This document shows, piece by piece, positions 31,110 to 40,850 of a stretch of DNA of 64,000 nucleotides. The position numbers and the translations under genes are program-made. The stretch is from Candidatus Fimadaptatus sp. GTDB taxonomy: Bacteria; Bacillota; Clostridia; Christensenellales; Aristaeellaceae. The notes beneath the pieces were generated by a model. It was not told the origin of the DNA, searched no databases, and saw nothing but the letters and a program-made list of their open reading frames with translations. Each line of letters starts with the position of its first letter. The stretch's first letter is position 1. The stretch lies in the NCBI GenBank assembly GCA_050946055.1, contig JBMNUB010000002.1, positions 97,338 to 161,337 of the forward strand, written 5' to 3'.

Positions 31110-31229
31110 TGCACGCCCGCGCGCTATGCGATGGGCAAAAGGCGGGCATGGGCGGTACACTGCATGTGAGCGCAAGGCTCATATGCGCCGCCCGCAATGG
31201 CGCAAGCTATGAGCATGCAGGCGTAAAGT

Positions 31230-31271
31230 GCGCAGAGCGTTCGGTCATGTGGCCGGACGCTCTGCGCTTTT
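31230..31271 (+). terminator. Rho-independent terminator after ypeB
   Basis: GCGCAGAGCGT, a 16-nt loop, ACGCTCTGCGC, then TTTT. Confidence 0.75.
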
Positions 31272-31390
31272 GGACGCGGGTTTGCTGATATCGTGCCAAA
31301 AAAGTGACATGTGAGCGCTTGGGTATTGTGAATGCGGCGTTTTCTGATATAATTGAAGCATCGAAACGCAAGGGAGGTGAGCGGCTGTCT

Positions 31391-32164
31391 ATGGAGTTCT
31401 GGAATGCGCTGGATATCGTGCAGAAGGCGCTGTTTACCATTGCCGTGCCATCCACGCTGCTGCTGGTGGTGGAGTTCGTGATGCTGCTGGCGGGGCTGGC
31501 GGGCGGACATGGCGATGTGGACGGCGTGGGCGACGATGCCGACATCGATGCGACGGACGCGGACTTGTCCGATATGGATGTATCCGATGTGGATGCGGAT
31601 TTGACGGATATCAATGTGTCCGATGGGTTGCCTGACATGGACGCATCCGACACCGGCGGCATGCGCGATATGGACGGCATGGATTTGCCCGACGTGGATG
31701 ACATACATCCGCAGGCGTATGATGAGCCGAATGCGGCGGGCAGGGCTTCGGGCGAGCTGCGCTGGTTCACACTGCTGGGCGTGCTGTCGTTCCTGGCCAT
31801 AACCGGCTGGGCGGGGCTGGCGCTCATAGAGGCGGCGCTTCCCGCGGTGCTGGCGATAGGCGTGGCATTGGGGCTGGGCGTGCTGGCGATGTATCTGTGC
31901 GCTGTGGTCATGCGCAGCTTCAAGCGCATGGGCGCGCAGGGCAACCTGAATGTCGTAAACGCGCGCGGCATGTTCGCCGAGGCATATATGCCCATACCTG
32001 CGCACCGCGCGGGCATAGGCAAGGTGATGCTCACCATGCAGGGGCGCTTTGTGGAGCTGGATGCCGTGACCGACGAGGCCAAGGATATCCCCACGGGCGC
32101 GCGCGTGGTCGTGATGGGCGAGGTCGACAGCGGCACGGTGCTGGTGCGCGCGGCGCGCAAGTAG
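31391..32164 (+). CDS. NfeD-family membrane protein (YuaF-like) with an unusual poly-aspartate repeat loop
   Basis: TM helices plus a C-terminal NfeD OB-fold (GKVMLTMQGRFVELDAVTDE…GARVVVMGEVDSGTVLVR). About 70-aa D-rich repetitive insert (DVDGVGDDADIDATDADLSDMDVSDVDADLTD…). Lies upstream of the flotillin gene, the canonical NfeD-SPFH pairing. Track ORF starts at 31304. Confidence 0.75.
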   Translation: MEFWNALDIVQKALFTIAVPSTLLLVVEFVMLLAGLAGGHGDVDGVGDDADIDATDADLSDMDVSDVDADLTDINVSDGLPDMDASDTGGMRDMDGMDLPDVDDIHPQAYDEPNAAGRASGELRWFTLLGVLSFLAITGWAGLALIEAALPAVLAIGVALGLGVLAMYLCAVVMRSFKRMGAQGNLNVVNARGMFAEAYMPIPAHRAGIGKVMLTMQGRFVELDAVTDEAKDIPTGARVVVMGEVDSGTVLVRAARK

Positions 32165-32476
32165 GAGCGCGGGGTGATGATTGCACATGTCAGTATGGTG
32201 ATAATGATTTGATGTGCGACATTGCATCATGGCAAGGCTGCCAAGATGCGCGGCATCACATCGCAACCAGTCATCTATGATGCATACCGCATCATCATAG
32301 CCGGCCCAATTCGACGCGCAACATCGCGTAGCGGCCAGCCGATTCAAGGCGCGCACAGCCGCCGCCTGACTTGCACAGGGTCAAACGCCGATGGCATAGG
32401 GGAAGCATGGCGCGGGCCAGCCCTTGCCTCGGCCAACACATCGGGGGAAATATGAATTTGGGGGAGGAATAGTATT

Positions 32477-33895
32477 ATGCCTATACCTACGTATCTGATA
32501 CTGATATGCGTGGTACTGCTGGTGGTCTTTATACTGCTGATGATGCTCTTGTCCCGGTACAAGAAGTGCCCGTCCGACAAGGTGATGGTCATATACGGCA
32601 GCGTGGGTCAGAACTCCGATGGCACCAATCGCTCAGCCAAGTGCATACACGGCGGCGCGGCGTTCGTGCTGCCGATAGTGCAGGCGGTGGAGTACTTGGA
32701 TCTGACGCCCATGTCCATACAGGTCGATCTCAAGAACGCGCTCTCGCGCCAGAACATACGCATAGACGTGCCTTCGCGCTTCACCGTGGGCATATCGGTC
32801 GAGGACGGCGTCATGCAGAACGCGGCGGAGCGCCTGCTGGGGCTCAAGCTCAACGAGATACAGGAGCTTGCCAAGGACATAATCTTTGGACAGCTGCGTC
32901 TGGTCATAGCCACTATGGACATAGAGGAGATAAACACCGACCGCGACAAGTTCCTGGTAGCCGTGAGCCGCAACGTGGAGACTGAGCTCAAGAAGATAGG
33001 TCTGCGCCTGATAAACGTGAACGTGACCGACATATCCGACGAATCCGGCTACATAACCGCGCTGGGCCGCGAAGCCGCCGCCAAGGCCATAAACGACGCC
33101 AAGAAGTCGGTGGCCGAAAAGGAGCGCGACGGTTCCATAGGCGAGGCCAACGCTCACAGGGATCAGCGCATACAGGTCGCTCAGGCCAATGCCGCCGCCA
33201 TAGAGGGCGAGAACATGAGCCGCATAGAGGTGGCAAAGTCCAACGCCATGCTGCGCGAGAACGAGGCCGAGGCGCTGCGCATAGCCACGTCCGCCGAGAA
33301 GATACAGGCTGCAAACGCGCTGGAATCCGCATACGCCGCCGAGCAGGCCGCAGAAGCCGCCCGCGCCGCGCGCGAAAAGGCCACGCTGGAGGCCGACGTA
33401 ATAGTCAAGGCCGAGATAGAGAAGCGCCGCCTTGAGATAGAGGCCGAGGCTCAGGCTGAGCAGGCGCGCCGCCGCGCACAGGGCGAAGCGGACGCGATAT
33501 TCGCCCGCATGAACGCCGAGGCCAAGGGCATGCAGGAGCAGCTCACCCGTCAGGCCGTAGGTATGGCCGAGATGGTCAGGGCTGCGGGCGGCGATCCCAA
33601 CGACGCGCTGCGCCTGATGATAGCTGACAAGATGGAGCAGCTCATGCGCATACAGGTGGACGCGATAAAGGGCGTGAAGATAGACAAGGTGACCGTCTGG
33701 GACGGCCAGAACAGCGACAAGGGCGGCACGGCGGGCTTCCTGTCGGGGCTGATGAAGTCCATACCGCCCATGAGCGAGATGTTCGACATGGCCGGCATGC
33801 AGCTGCCCGAGTATCTGGGCAAGAAGAAGGAAGAAAAGGCCGCTGCGGACGAGACAGCGGAGCAGAGTGCGCAGGAGAGCGCTGGGGAAAAGTAA
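32477..33895 (+). CDS. floT: Flotillin-like SPFH/band-7 protein (FloT/YuaG-like)
   Basis: N-terminal TM, SPFH domain, and an extended E/A/Q-rich coiled coil (AEQAAEAARAAREKATLEADVIV…EAQAEQARRRAQGEA). Confidence 0.9.
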   Translation: MPIPTYLILICVVLLVVFILLMMLLSRYKKCPSDKVMVIYGSVGQNSDGTNRSAKCIHGGAAFVLPIVQAVEYLDLTPMSIQVDLKNALSRQNIRIDVPSRFTVGISVEDGVMQNAAERLLGLKLNEIQELAKDIIFGQLRLVIATMDIEEINTDRDKFLVAVSRNVETELKKIGLRLINVNVTDISDESGYITALGREAAAKAINDAKKSVAEKERDGSIGEANAHRDQRIQVAQANAAAIEGENMSRIEVAKSNAMLRENEAEALRIATSAEKIQAANALESAYAAEQAAEAARAAREKATLEADVIVKAEIEKRRLEIEAEAQAEQARRRAQGEADAIFARMNAEAKGMQEQLTRQAVGMAEMVRAAGGDPNDALRLMIADKMEQLMRIQVDAIKGVKIDKVTVWDGQNSDKGGTAGFLSGLMKSIPPMSEMFDMAGMQLPEYLGKKKEEKAAADETAEQSAQESAGEK

Positions 33896-33947
33896 AGCCT
33901 AAGCCGCATGATTGCAAAGCGGCCGGGAACGCCTTACATCGGACTTT

Positions 33948-34262
33948 CAGGGAACCGGGAAATGCCCGGTTTCCGTAGACTGTCAAAAAACCTCGGAGAG
34001 CTCGGCGGGCCTCGCAGCCCGCCGACTTAGGTAGCGCCCAGCGACATGTGCGGTGGGCGCTCAGGATTTTTTACGCATGGAAATCTCATTTCCCGGAGTA
34101 AAAATATCTTCCTTGCAGTTTCCACGCCCGGAAATCCGCAGGATTTCAGTGGAAACTGAGTATGGGTGGCAGTGGCGGGGGAGATTCTCCACCGTCCACG
34201 CTTGTCAAAAAGACGCTTTGACAAGCTGAGGGAACCGGGAAATGCCCAGTTCCCTCAGCTTG
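33948..34262. repeat. Copy A of a roughly 300-bp hairpin-rich intergenic repeat element (candidate structured ncRNA or MITE)
   Basis: Shares a conserved core with 49525-49848 and 54470-54745 (…GGCGACATGTGCGG…TTTT.C…GGAAAT…ATTTCC…CCTTGCAGTTTCCA…GTGGAAACTG…GGGGGAG.TTCTCC…CGCTTGTCAA…GATAAGCT.AG). Flanked by terminal direct copies of the hairpin GGGAACCGGGAAATGCCC.GTT.CC. Confidence 0.85.
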
Positions 34263-34302
34263 TTTATAAGGCGCTCGTTTTAAGATATGGGGGACATGGA
34301 AC

Positions 34303-34827
34303 ATGGAGATAAGGCGGCTGGACAGGGAAACATATGCGGGGCGCGGCTTTACCGCCCGCTATGAAACGCATGGGTATTATGATATTCGCGCGACAGGCGG
34401 CGGCTTTGCGCTGGAATATGTGCCGCTTAAAGCTGGCGTGAAAAAGTCGTTTGACGACGTCATGTTCGGCGAATGGCTCGACGATCCAGTGGCATATGGC
34501 GCGTTCGAGGGAGAAAGCATGCTTGGCTTCGCGGAGGGATTTTGGGAAAGATGGAACAAACGATACCGCATAAGCAATATATGCGTGTTCGATGCCGCAG
34601 CGCGCCGCAGCGGAGTGGGTACGGCGCTTATGAATGCAATGATTGACGAAGCAAAGGCGGTATCGGCGCGCATGGCTGTTCTGGAAACTCAGACCTGCAA
34701 CGAGAATGCGATAGCGTTTTACCGGAAGAACGGGTTTGAGATAATTGGCTTTGACATGTATGCGTATTCAAACTTCGACCCGGAGCACCATGAAGTGCGG
34801 CTGGAGATGGGGCGCAAGCTGACATAG
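34303..34827 (+). CDS. GNAT-family N-acetyltransferase
   Basis: Acetyl-CoA binding motif RRSGVGTALMNAMIDEAK and GNAT fold length. Confidence 0.8.
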   Translation: MEIRRLDRETYAGRGFTARYETHGYYDIRATGGGFALEYVPLKAGVKKSFDDVMFGEWLDDPVAYGAFEGESMLGFAEGFWERWNKRYRISNICVFDAAARRSGVGTALMNAMIDEAKAVSARMAVLETQTCNENAIAFYRKNGFEIIGFDMYAYSNFDPEHHEVRLEMGRKLT

Positions 34828-35098
34828 ATGGGCTTGCACGTGATGGTGCAATGCGCGCAGCCGGTGTGCGCGGTCAATAGTTATTTGTGCAAGGCGCAGT
34901 CATATGGCTTGCGCGGTCTATATAAGCGTCCGGGAGCGGTTCATGCTTCCGTACGCGCTGCTTGTTTGAGCATTGGCTGACATATATCACTCGCACCACC
35001 GCTTTTGAACGCGCCTTTAACATGCAGGGGCGCTGCCCATGCTTGCGTGCGCGCGGGGCATATTGTAAAATAGAGGCGTTCGGAGGTGTTTTGCTTAT

Positions 35099-35599
35099 AT
35101 GTTTGACGGCTTAAAGCCGGATATGGTGTGCCGGGATGTGATGTCCATAGACCTTAGTGCGCTCTCCGGCATGGGCGTGAACGCGCTGGTGTTCGATCTG
35201 GACAATACGCTCACGCTGTGGAATGAATACGACTTTTCGCCCGAACTGGCGGTGTGGATGGACGAGTGCCGCGAACGGGGATTTTCTGCCTGCATATGTT
35301 CAAACAACCATGCCCCGCGCATAGAGCCTGTGGCAGAGGCGCTGGGACTGCCGTTCGTGGCTGAGGCCGGCAAGCCCAGCCCGAATGCGTATGCGCGCGC
35401 CTGTGAGCTGATGGGCGTGCATCCGCACAGCGCCGCCGCCGTGGGCGATCAGCTCATGACCGATGTAATCGGCGCAAAGCGCGGCGGACTGCGCGCGGTG
35501 CTGGTCAATCCGCTGGGCAAGCGCGAATTTGTAGGCACATATTTCAACCGCGCGCTGGAGCGCCCGCTGCTTAGGCTGATGGGCGTAAAGCGCGCCTGA
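35099..35599 (+). CDS. yqeG: HAD-IIIA family phosphatase YqeG
   Basis: HAD motif I (VFDLDNTL), SNN motif, GDQLMTDV motif IV; YqeG-family length. Confidence 0.85.
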   Translation: MFDGLKPDMVCRDVMSIDLSALSGMGVNALVFDLDNTLTLWNEYDFSPELAVWMDECRERGFSACICSNNHAPRIEPVAEALGLPFVAEAGKPSPNAYARACELMGVHPHSAAAVGDQLMTDVIGAKRGGLRAVLVNPLGKREFVGTYFNRALERPLLRLMGVKRA

Positions 35600-35615
35600 C
35601 TTACGGAGGAGGACG

Positions 35616-36491
35616 ATGGCAAGATTCGGTACGGCCGGCAATTCCAGGAGCTTTTACGATGCCGGCCTCAAGTCGTCCGTGCAGGCGCCGGGCTTTCTCT
35701 CGGCGCTCAAGCTGGATGCATATGAATACGCGGCCGGGCGCGGCGTGCAGCTGGGCGAGGACACTGCCCGCGCAATAGGCGCAGAGGCGCGCAGACAGGG
35801 CATATATGTGAGCATTCACGCGCCCTATTACATAAACTGCGCCACACTCGACCCGGAGAGCCGCGAGAAGTCGTTTGGCTACCTGCTGGACTCGGCGCGC
35901 GCCGTGGACATGATGGGCGGCGAGCGCGTGATATTCCATCCCGGCTCGGAAAAGGGTGGCCATGATGCGGCGCTCGAGCGAGCCTGTGTGTTCCTGCGCG
36001 AGTGCCTTGCGCGCATGGACGATATGGGGCTGGGCCACATACACCTCTGCCCGGAGACCATGGGCAAGGTCAATACGCTGGGTACGCTGGACGATGTGAT
36101 AGAGTTGTGCAGGCTGGACGAACGCATGATACCCACGCTGGACTTTGCGCATCTGCACGCGCGCAGTCTGGGCGGGCTGGACAGCGAGCAGGCATTTGAC
36201 GATGTGCTGGAGCGCCTTATCAAGGGACTCTGGCCGCAGGGCGAGGGCGAGATGCCCGCGCGCCTGCGCAACTTCCACTCGCACTTCAGCCATGTGCAGT
36301 ACATAAAGAGCGGCGAGCGCAAGCACATGTCGTTCGCCGACGAGGGCTATGGCCCGGACTTTGGCCAGCTGGCGCGCGTGCTGATAAGGCGCGGCCTTGA
36401 GCCGGTCGTGATATGCGAGTCGCGCGACACTCAGGCGGAGGATGCATGCACAATGCGCGATGCGCTGGCGGCGGAGCGCGCAGCCAATTAA
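35616..36491 (+). CDS. TIM-barrel protein of the xylose-isomerase-like/AP-endonuclease family 2 (endonuclease IV-like)
   Basis: Pattern shared with Nfo: HAPYYIN…FHPG…ETMGK…DFAHLHA. Confidence 0.5.
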   Translation: MARFGTAGNSRSFYDAGLKSSVQAPGFLSALKLDAYEYAAGRGVQLGEDTARAIGAEARRQGIYVSIHAPYYINCATLDPESREKSFGYLLDSARAVDMMGGERVIFHPGSEKGGHDAALERACVFLRECLARMDDMGLGHIHLCPETMGKVNTLGTLDDVIELCRLDERMIPTLDFAHLHARSLGGLDSEQAFDDVLERLIKGLWPQGEGEMPARLRNFHSHFSHVQYIKSGERKHMSFADEGYGPDFGQLARVLIRRGLEPVVICESRDTQAEDACTMRDALAAERAAN

Positions 36492-36885
36492 ACCGTGCGC
36501 TGCGATGAACGGCGCTTGGGATATTCGCTTACATTGTGTGCGGCGCTATGCTGCATGCAATGCGCTGCTGCGGCAGACGGCGCATGCGGCGCGGAGGAGC
36601 TGCGCTGCAATGCTGGATTATGCTGTGCCGCAAATGCGCTGCGATGAACGGCGCTTGTAGTGCAGGGCACACATGCTTTGCGCCCGGCAAAGCGGCGCAT
36701 AAGCGCCTGAAAGCGCCCGTTATGGCGGCGGACGGATGGGACATTTCGTGCAGTGCGCATTTGAGCAGCTTTTAGCGGCGGCAAATGGGCGACTTCTCAC
36801 AATTTTTGCTGGAAAACGGCGCGAAACTGTGCTATAATCAAATGGTTAATGATACGCTGGTTATTTGCGCCGGAAGGGAGTAATA

Positions 36886-37962
36886 ATGATGCAAGACCGT
36901 TTGGCGCGCATGCGCGGACTGATGACAGAGTGTGAACAGCCCGCCGTGCTGCTCAACAAGCCCGAGAACTTCCGCTATCTGAGCGGATACGCGGGCGAGG
37001 GCTGCGCTCTTGTAACGCTCAAGGGACAGTACATATTCACGGACTTCCGCTATGTCGAGCAGGCCGAGATACAGGCCCCCGGCTGGACGGTGGTCAGGAC
37101 CGACAAGGACATGCCTTGGTATAAGGCGCTGTCCAATGCGCTGGAGGCCGATAAGCCCGGCAAGCTGGCCGTCGAGACCGACTACGTGACTGTGGACACA
37201 TTCGAGCAGATAAAGTCCGCCGCGGAGGGGCTTGCGATAGAGCCCATCAAGGCCAGGCCCGAAAAGCTGCGCATGGTCAAGGACGAGGGCGAGATAGAGT
37301 GTCTGCGCCGCGCCGAGTCCATAACCGCACGCGCGTTTAACGAGTTGCTGGGTCACATACGCCCCGGCATGACCGAGCTGGAGCTGAAGGCCGAGCTGGA
37401 GTACATAATGCTGAGGCTGGGCGCGCACGGCTGCGGCTTTGACACCATAATCGCTTCGGGCGCAAACGGATCTCTGTGCCACGCCGTGCCGGGCGAGAAG
37501 CCTGTGGCTGCGGGCGAGTTCATAACCATGGACTTTGGCGCCAGCTACAACGGCTATACCGCCGACATGACGCGCACGGTCGCGCTGGGCAGCGTTACCG
37601 ACGAGATGCGCAAGGTGTATCAGATAGTGCTTGAGGCGCAGGAACTGGCGCTGGATGCCATGGCGGCGGGCAAGCTCTGCTGCGATATGGACGCCATAGC
37701 GCGCAAGCACATAGAGGACGCGGGCTACGGCGAGTACTTCGGCCACAGCCTGGGCCATGCCACAGGTCTACTCATACACGAAGCTCCCGGCTGCAACTGG
37801 CGCGACCGCACCGCGCTGGAACCCGGCATGTCCATGACCGTGGAGCCGGGCATATATCTGCCCGGACGATTTGGAGTGCGCATAGAGGATCTGGTAATGA
37901 TAGAGCAGGGCGGCATCAGCAACCTTGCGCTTGAGGCCCCCAAGAAGCTCATCATACTGTAA
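36886..37962 (+). CDS. pepP: M24-family Xaa-Pro aminopeptidase (PepP/YqhT-like)
   Basis: Creatinase N-terminal domain plus M24 metal ligands (…[16 protein letters not shown]…HSLGH…EPG…RIED). pepP followed by efp is conserved synteny. GGAAGGGAG RBS before the ATG at 36886 (track ORF starts at 36865). Confidence 0.85.
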   Translation: MMQDRLARMRGLMTECEQPAVLLNKPENFRYLSGYAGEGCALVTLKGQYIFTDFRYVEQAEIQAPGWTVVRTDKDMPWYKALSNALEADKPGKLAVETDYVTVDTFEQIKSAAEGLAIEPIKARPEKLRMVKDEGEIECLRRAESITARAFNELLGHIRPGMTELELKAELEYIMLRLGAHGCGFDTIIASGANGSLCHAVPGEKPVAAGEFITMDFGASYNGYTADMTRTVALGSVTDEMRKVYQIVLEAQELALDAMAAGKLCCDMDAIARKHIEDAGYGEYFGHSLGHATGLLIHEAPGCNWRDRTALEPGMSMTVEPGIYLPGRFGVRIEDLVMIEQGGISNLALEAPKKLIIL

Positions 37963-37981
37963 GAAAACAGGAGGTATGTTT

Positions 37982-38539
37982 ATGATAACTGCAGGCGATT
38001 TTAAGAAGGGCATAACTGTTGAGATGGAGAACGGCGTTTGGACGATAGTGGACTTCCAGCACGTTAAGCCCGGCAAGGGCGCGGCGTTCGTGCGCACCCG
38101 CATCAAGAACGTCATGACCGGCGCGGTGCTCGAGCGCACCTTCAACCCCACCGATAAGATGCCCAAGGCCATCATCGAGACCAAGGAAATGCAGTACATG
38201 TACAACGATGGCGACCTGTACTACTTCATGGACAACGAGACCTACGACCAGATACCGCTCAACCACGAGCAGGTCGAGGATGCCATCCCCTTCATCAAGG
38301 AGAACACCAATGTGACCATGCGCTTTTTCAAGGGCAGCCCCTTCTCCGTTGAGGCGCCCAACTTCGTTGAGCTGGAGGTCACCGAGACCGAGCCCGGCTT
38401 CAAGGGCGACACCGCGTCCAACACCACCAAGCCCGCGACCGTTGAGACCGGCTACACCGTTCAGGTACCGCTGTTCGTCAACACCGGCGATGTGCTGCGC
38501 ATAGATACCCGCACCGGCGAGTACATGGAACGCGTCTAA
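37982..38539 (+). CDS. efp: Translation elongation factor P
   Basis: EF-P KOW domain (…[20 protein letters not shown]…) and two OB domains. AGGAGG lies 7 nt before the ATG at 37982 (track ORF starts at 37925). Confidence 0.95.
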   Translation: MITAGDFKKGITVEMENGVWTIVDFQHVKPGKGAAFVRTRIKNVMTGAVLERTFNPTDKMPKAIIETKEMQYMYNDGDLYYFMDNETYDQIPLNHEQVEDAIPFIKENTNVTMRFFKGSPFSVEAPNFVELEVTETEPGFKGDTASNTTKPATVETGYTVQVPLFVNTGDVLRIDTRTGEYMERV

Positions 38540-38558
38540 TCTGGCGTCTGGAGGAAAT

Positions 38559-39056
38559 ATGAGCGAGCTTAGCGATAAGATCTCCTACGTAAAGGGAATG
38601 TGCGAGGGCATGGACATAAAGCCCGACACTCCCGAGCATAAGCTCATGCTGGCCATGCTGGATGCGCTTGAGGCGGTGGGCGATGAGATAAAGCTGCTGC
38701 ACAGCAAGCATGATGAGCTGGAAGAATACGTCGATATGATGGATGAGGACATCGGCGAGCTGGAGTCGGAGATGTTCGGCGGCAGCGACGATCTCGACCT
38801 CGACGATGAGGATGAGGACGACGATGACGATTGCGACGATGATTGCGATTGCGATGACGATTGCGATTGCGGTTGCCATCACGATCACGACGGATTTGAC
38901 GAAGCCATGATGGATCAGGAACTGGCCGAGCGCGACTGTCCCAACTGCGGCAAGTCCATCGGCATAACGATGCGCGCGCTGCTCAAAAAGGACGAGCCGA
39001 TAGTCTGCCCGCACTGCGGCAGCAAGTTCCGCGCTCATGAGCCGGATGACGAGTAA
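38559..39056 (+). CDS. Acidic protein with a Cys-Asp repeat tract and C-terminal zinc ribbon (hypothetical)
   Basis: DDCDDDCDCDDDCDCGCHHDHD tract followed by a CPNCGKS…CPHCGS zinc ribbon. GGAGG RBS. Lies directly downstream of efp. Confidence 0.65.
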   Translation: MSELSDKISYVKGMCEGMDIKPDTPEHKLMLAMLDALEAVGDEIKLLHSKHDELEEYVDMMDEDIGELESEMFGGSDDLDLDDEDEDDDDDCDDDCDCDDDCDCGCHHDHDGFDEAMMDQELAERDCPNCGKSIGITMRALLKKDEPIVCPHCGSKFRAHEPDDE

Positions 39057-39198
39057 TACCACTTCACCATGCAAACAAGCGCCCTCGACTGCGACATTGC
39101 GGTCGAGGGCGCTTTGCGCACAATGGGGGGATGCCCGCACGGTACAGCGCTGTGAGCGCTGCACGGTATGCGCAGCGTTGCGCTTGGCGGCGTTGTAC

Positions 39199-39338
39199 GG
39201 CCTAAGCAGCGTGGTACTTGGTCGTTGCGCGGCCTAAGCAGCGTGGTACTTGGTCGTTGCGCGGCCTAAGCAGCGTGGTACTTGGTCGTTGCACGGCCTA
39301 AGCAGCGTGGTACTTGGTCGTTGCGCGGCCTAAGCAGC
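39199..39338. repeat. 32-bp perfect tandem repeat, four full copies plus a partial one
   Basis: GGCCTAAGCAGCGTGGTACTTGGTCGTTGCGC with period 32. No spacers, so not a CRISPR array. Lies between convergent genes. Confidence 0.9.
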
Positions 39339-39377
39339 TATGATGCCGCAGCGCACACGCGAGCCGTGCGCCAGCAT

Positions 39378-40325
39378 TCAGGGCTTTGCTGCGCCCTCCT
39401 GCTTAGCAGCTTCGTCCTTGGACGTGCCCGCCCTGCCGAACCTGGGCAGGTGATTGGCATAGTCCAGCGCGCCAAAGTGACATGCATCTAGGCAGGCACC
39501 GCAGCGTATGCACTCAAGGCTGTTGCAGTTCTTCTGCACGTCCACCTGCATCGGGCAGGCGCGCGTGCATTGGCCGCAGGATGTGCATTTGGACTTGTCC
39601 AGCTTAAAGCGCACCAGCGACACCGGATTGAACACCGAGTATATGGCACCCAGCGGACAGAGGTACTTGCAGAACGGCCTGTATACGAATATGCTCAGCA
39701 CTATGAGAGCTATGAGTATAAAGCTCTTCCATGCATACAGCCAGCCTATTGCGCTGCGCAAAGCGCTGTCCATCATGACCAGCAGCCAGCCGCCCTCAAG
39801 CGTGCCAGCGGGACATATGTACTTGCAGAACCAGGGCGCGCCCTGACCCACTATGTCCACTATGAACAGCGGCGCGAGTATCACAAACCACGCCAGTATG
39901 AAGTACTTGAGCCACTTGAGCGCGCCATGGCCGGGCAGACCCTTGCGGCGCAGCTGCTTTAGGCATCCCGGCAGCGGTACCTTATGCAGAAGGTCCTGCA
40001 CCAGTCCAAACGGACACAGCCAGCCGCACACCGCGCGCCCCAGCAGCGCGCCGAAGAATATCAGTATGCCCGCTACGTACCATGAGAACGAAAACTTGTG
40101 GCTGCCCATGACCGCCTGAAGCGAGCCTATCGGACACGAGCCCAGCGCGCCCGGACAGGAATAGCAGTTCAGCCCCGGCAGGCAGAACTTCTTGGCGCCG
40201 CCCGTGTATATGCGGGCGTTCATGAAGCCCGCCGCATAGCCGTTGCTAAGCAGCGTCGCGCACCACTGTACCGTGCGCCGCGCGCGCAGGCGCATGCTTT
40301 TCATCCTCTTACCCAATGCCAACAC
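39378..40325 (-). CDS. Membrane-bound 4Fe-4S polyferredoxin (NapH/MauN-like)
   Basis: Multiple TM helices; CxxCxxCxxxCP ferredoxin motifs ([12 protein letters not shown]; [11 protein letters not shown]); N-terminal Cys-rich segment. The true start is probably the internal Met (MKSMRLR, about 40307). Confidence 0.8.
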   Translation of the reverse strand: MLALGKRMKSMRLRARRTVQWCATLLSNGYAAGFMNARIYTGGAKKFCLPGLNCYSCPGALGSCPIGSLQAVMGSHKFSFSWYVAGILIFFGALLGRAVCGWLCPFGLVQDLLHKVPLPGCLKQLRRKGLPGHGALKWLKYFILAWFVILAPLFIVDIVGQGAPWFCKYICPAGTLEGGWLLVMMDSALRSAIGWLYAWKSFILIALIVLSIFVYRPFCKYLCPLGAIYSVFNPVSLVRFKLDKSKCTSCGQCTRACPMQVDVQKNCNSLECIRCGACLDACHFGALDYANHLPRFGRAGTSKDEAAKQEGAAKP

Positions 40326-40446
40326 ACTCCAGACATACGCGCGTGGCCTTGTTAAACACCACGCTCACCTCGCCTCTGTAAGCGCCAAAGAGCATCATGC
40401 CCGCCGCCAGCGCCACCAGCGCTATCGCTATCGCGTTTTTGCGCAT
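40309..40446 (-). CDS. Small 45-aa membrane peptide, translationally coupled to the polyferredoxin gene (absent from the ORF track, below its length cutoff)
   Basis: AAAGGAGG lies 7 nt before the ATG. Product [45 protein letters not shown]. Its stop overlaps the probable polyferredoxin start. Confidence 0.5.
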   Translation of the reverse strand: MRKNAIAIALVALAAGMMLFGAYRGEVSVVFNKATRVCLECVGIG

Positions 40447-40721
40447 CGCATTGCCTCCTTTATATTTGCCTGTTTGCGTTTAGCTTATCATATATATGGC
40501 GTGCGCGTCAAGTGCGGCGTTTGACGGTGCCGCAACCGGCATCGACGGCGCGCCTGCCGGAATGGATATAAATCACTGCGCAATATGCCGATATGAAAAG
40601 TTGAGCATTGTTCGCAAAGTTGTGTGGACTTTCTCATACTTTTTTAATGCGAAAATGGTAATATCAAGCATCCAAATGGCGCCGGCACACGTCTAATACA
40701 ATGACGGGCGGATATATTTGA

Positions 40722-40750
40722 GTTGATATTTGCGCCGAAATACTGTATAA
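40722..40750 (+). promoter_or_regulatory. Sigma-A-type promoter for the SH3b surface-protein gene
   Basis: TTGATA, 17 nt spacer, then TATAAT about 100 nt upstream of the start codon. Confidence 0.5.
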
Positions 40751-40850
40751 TGCAGTTTGAGTTACTAAACTCCTACGAAATCGGTAAGATGTAAGACACA
40801 ATTATTGCGAAAGGATGTCTTGAATGAATAGGGAGCAGAACAGAGGTCAT

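Noticed and set aside
39199-39338. Possible CRISPR arrays (32-bp array here and 34-bp array at 44205-44545)
   Set aside because: Repeats are contiguous with no unique spacers, there are no cas genes in the window, and the 34-bp units are degenerate. These are minisatellites, not CRISPR.
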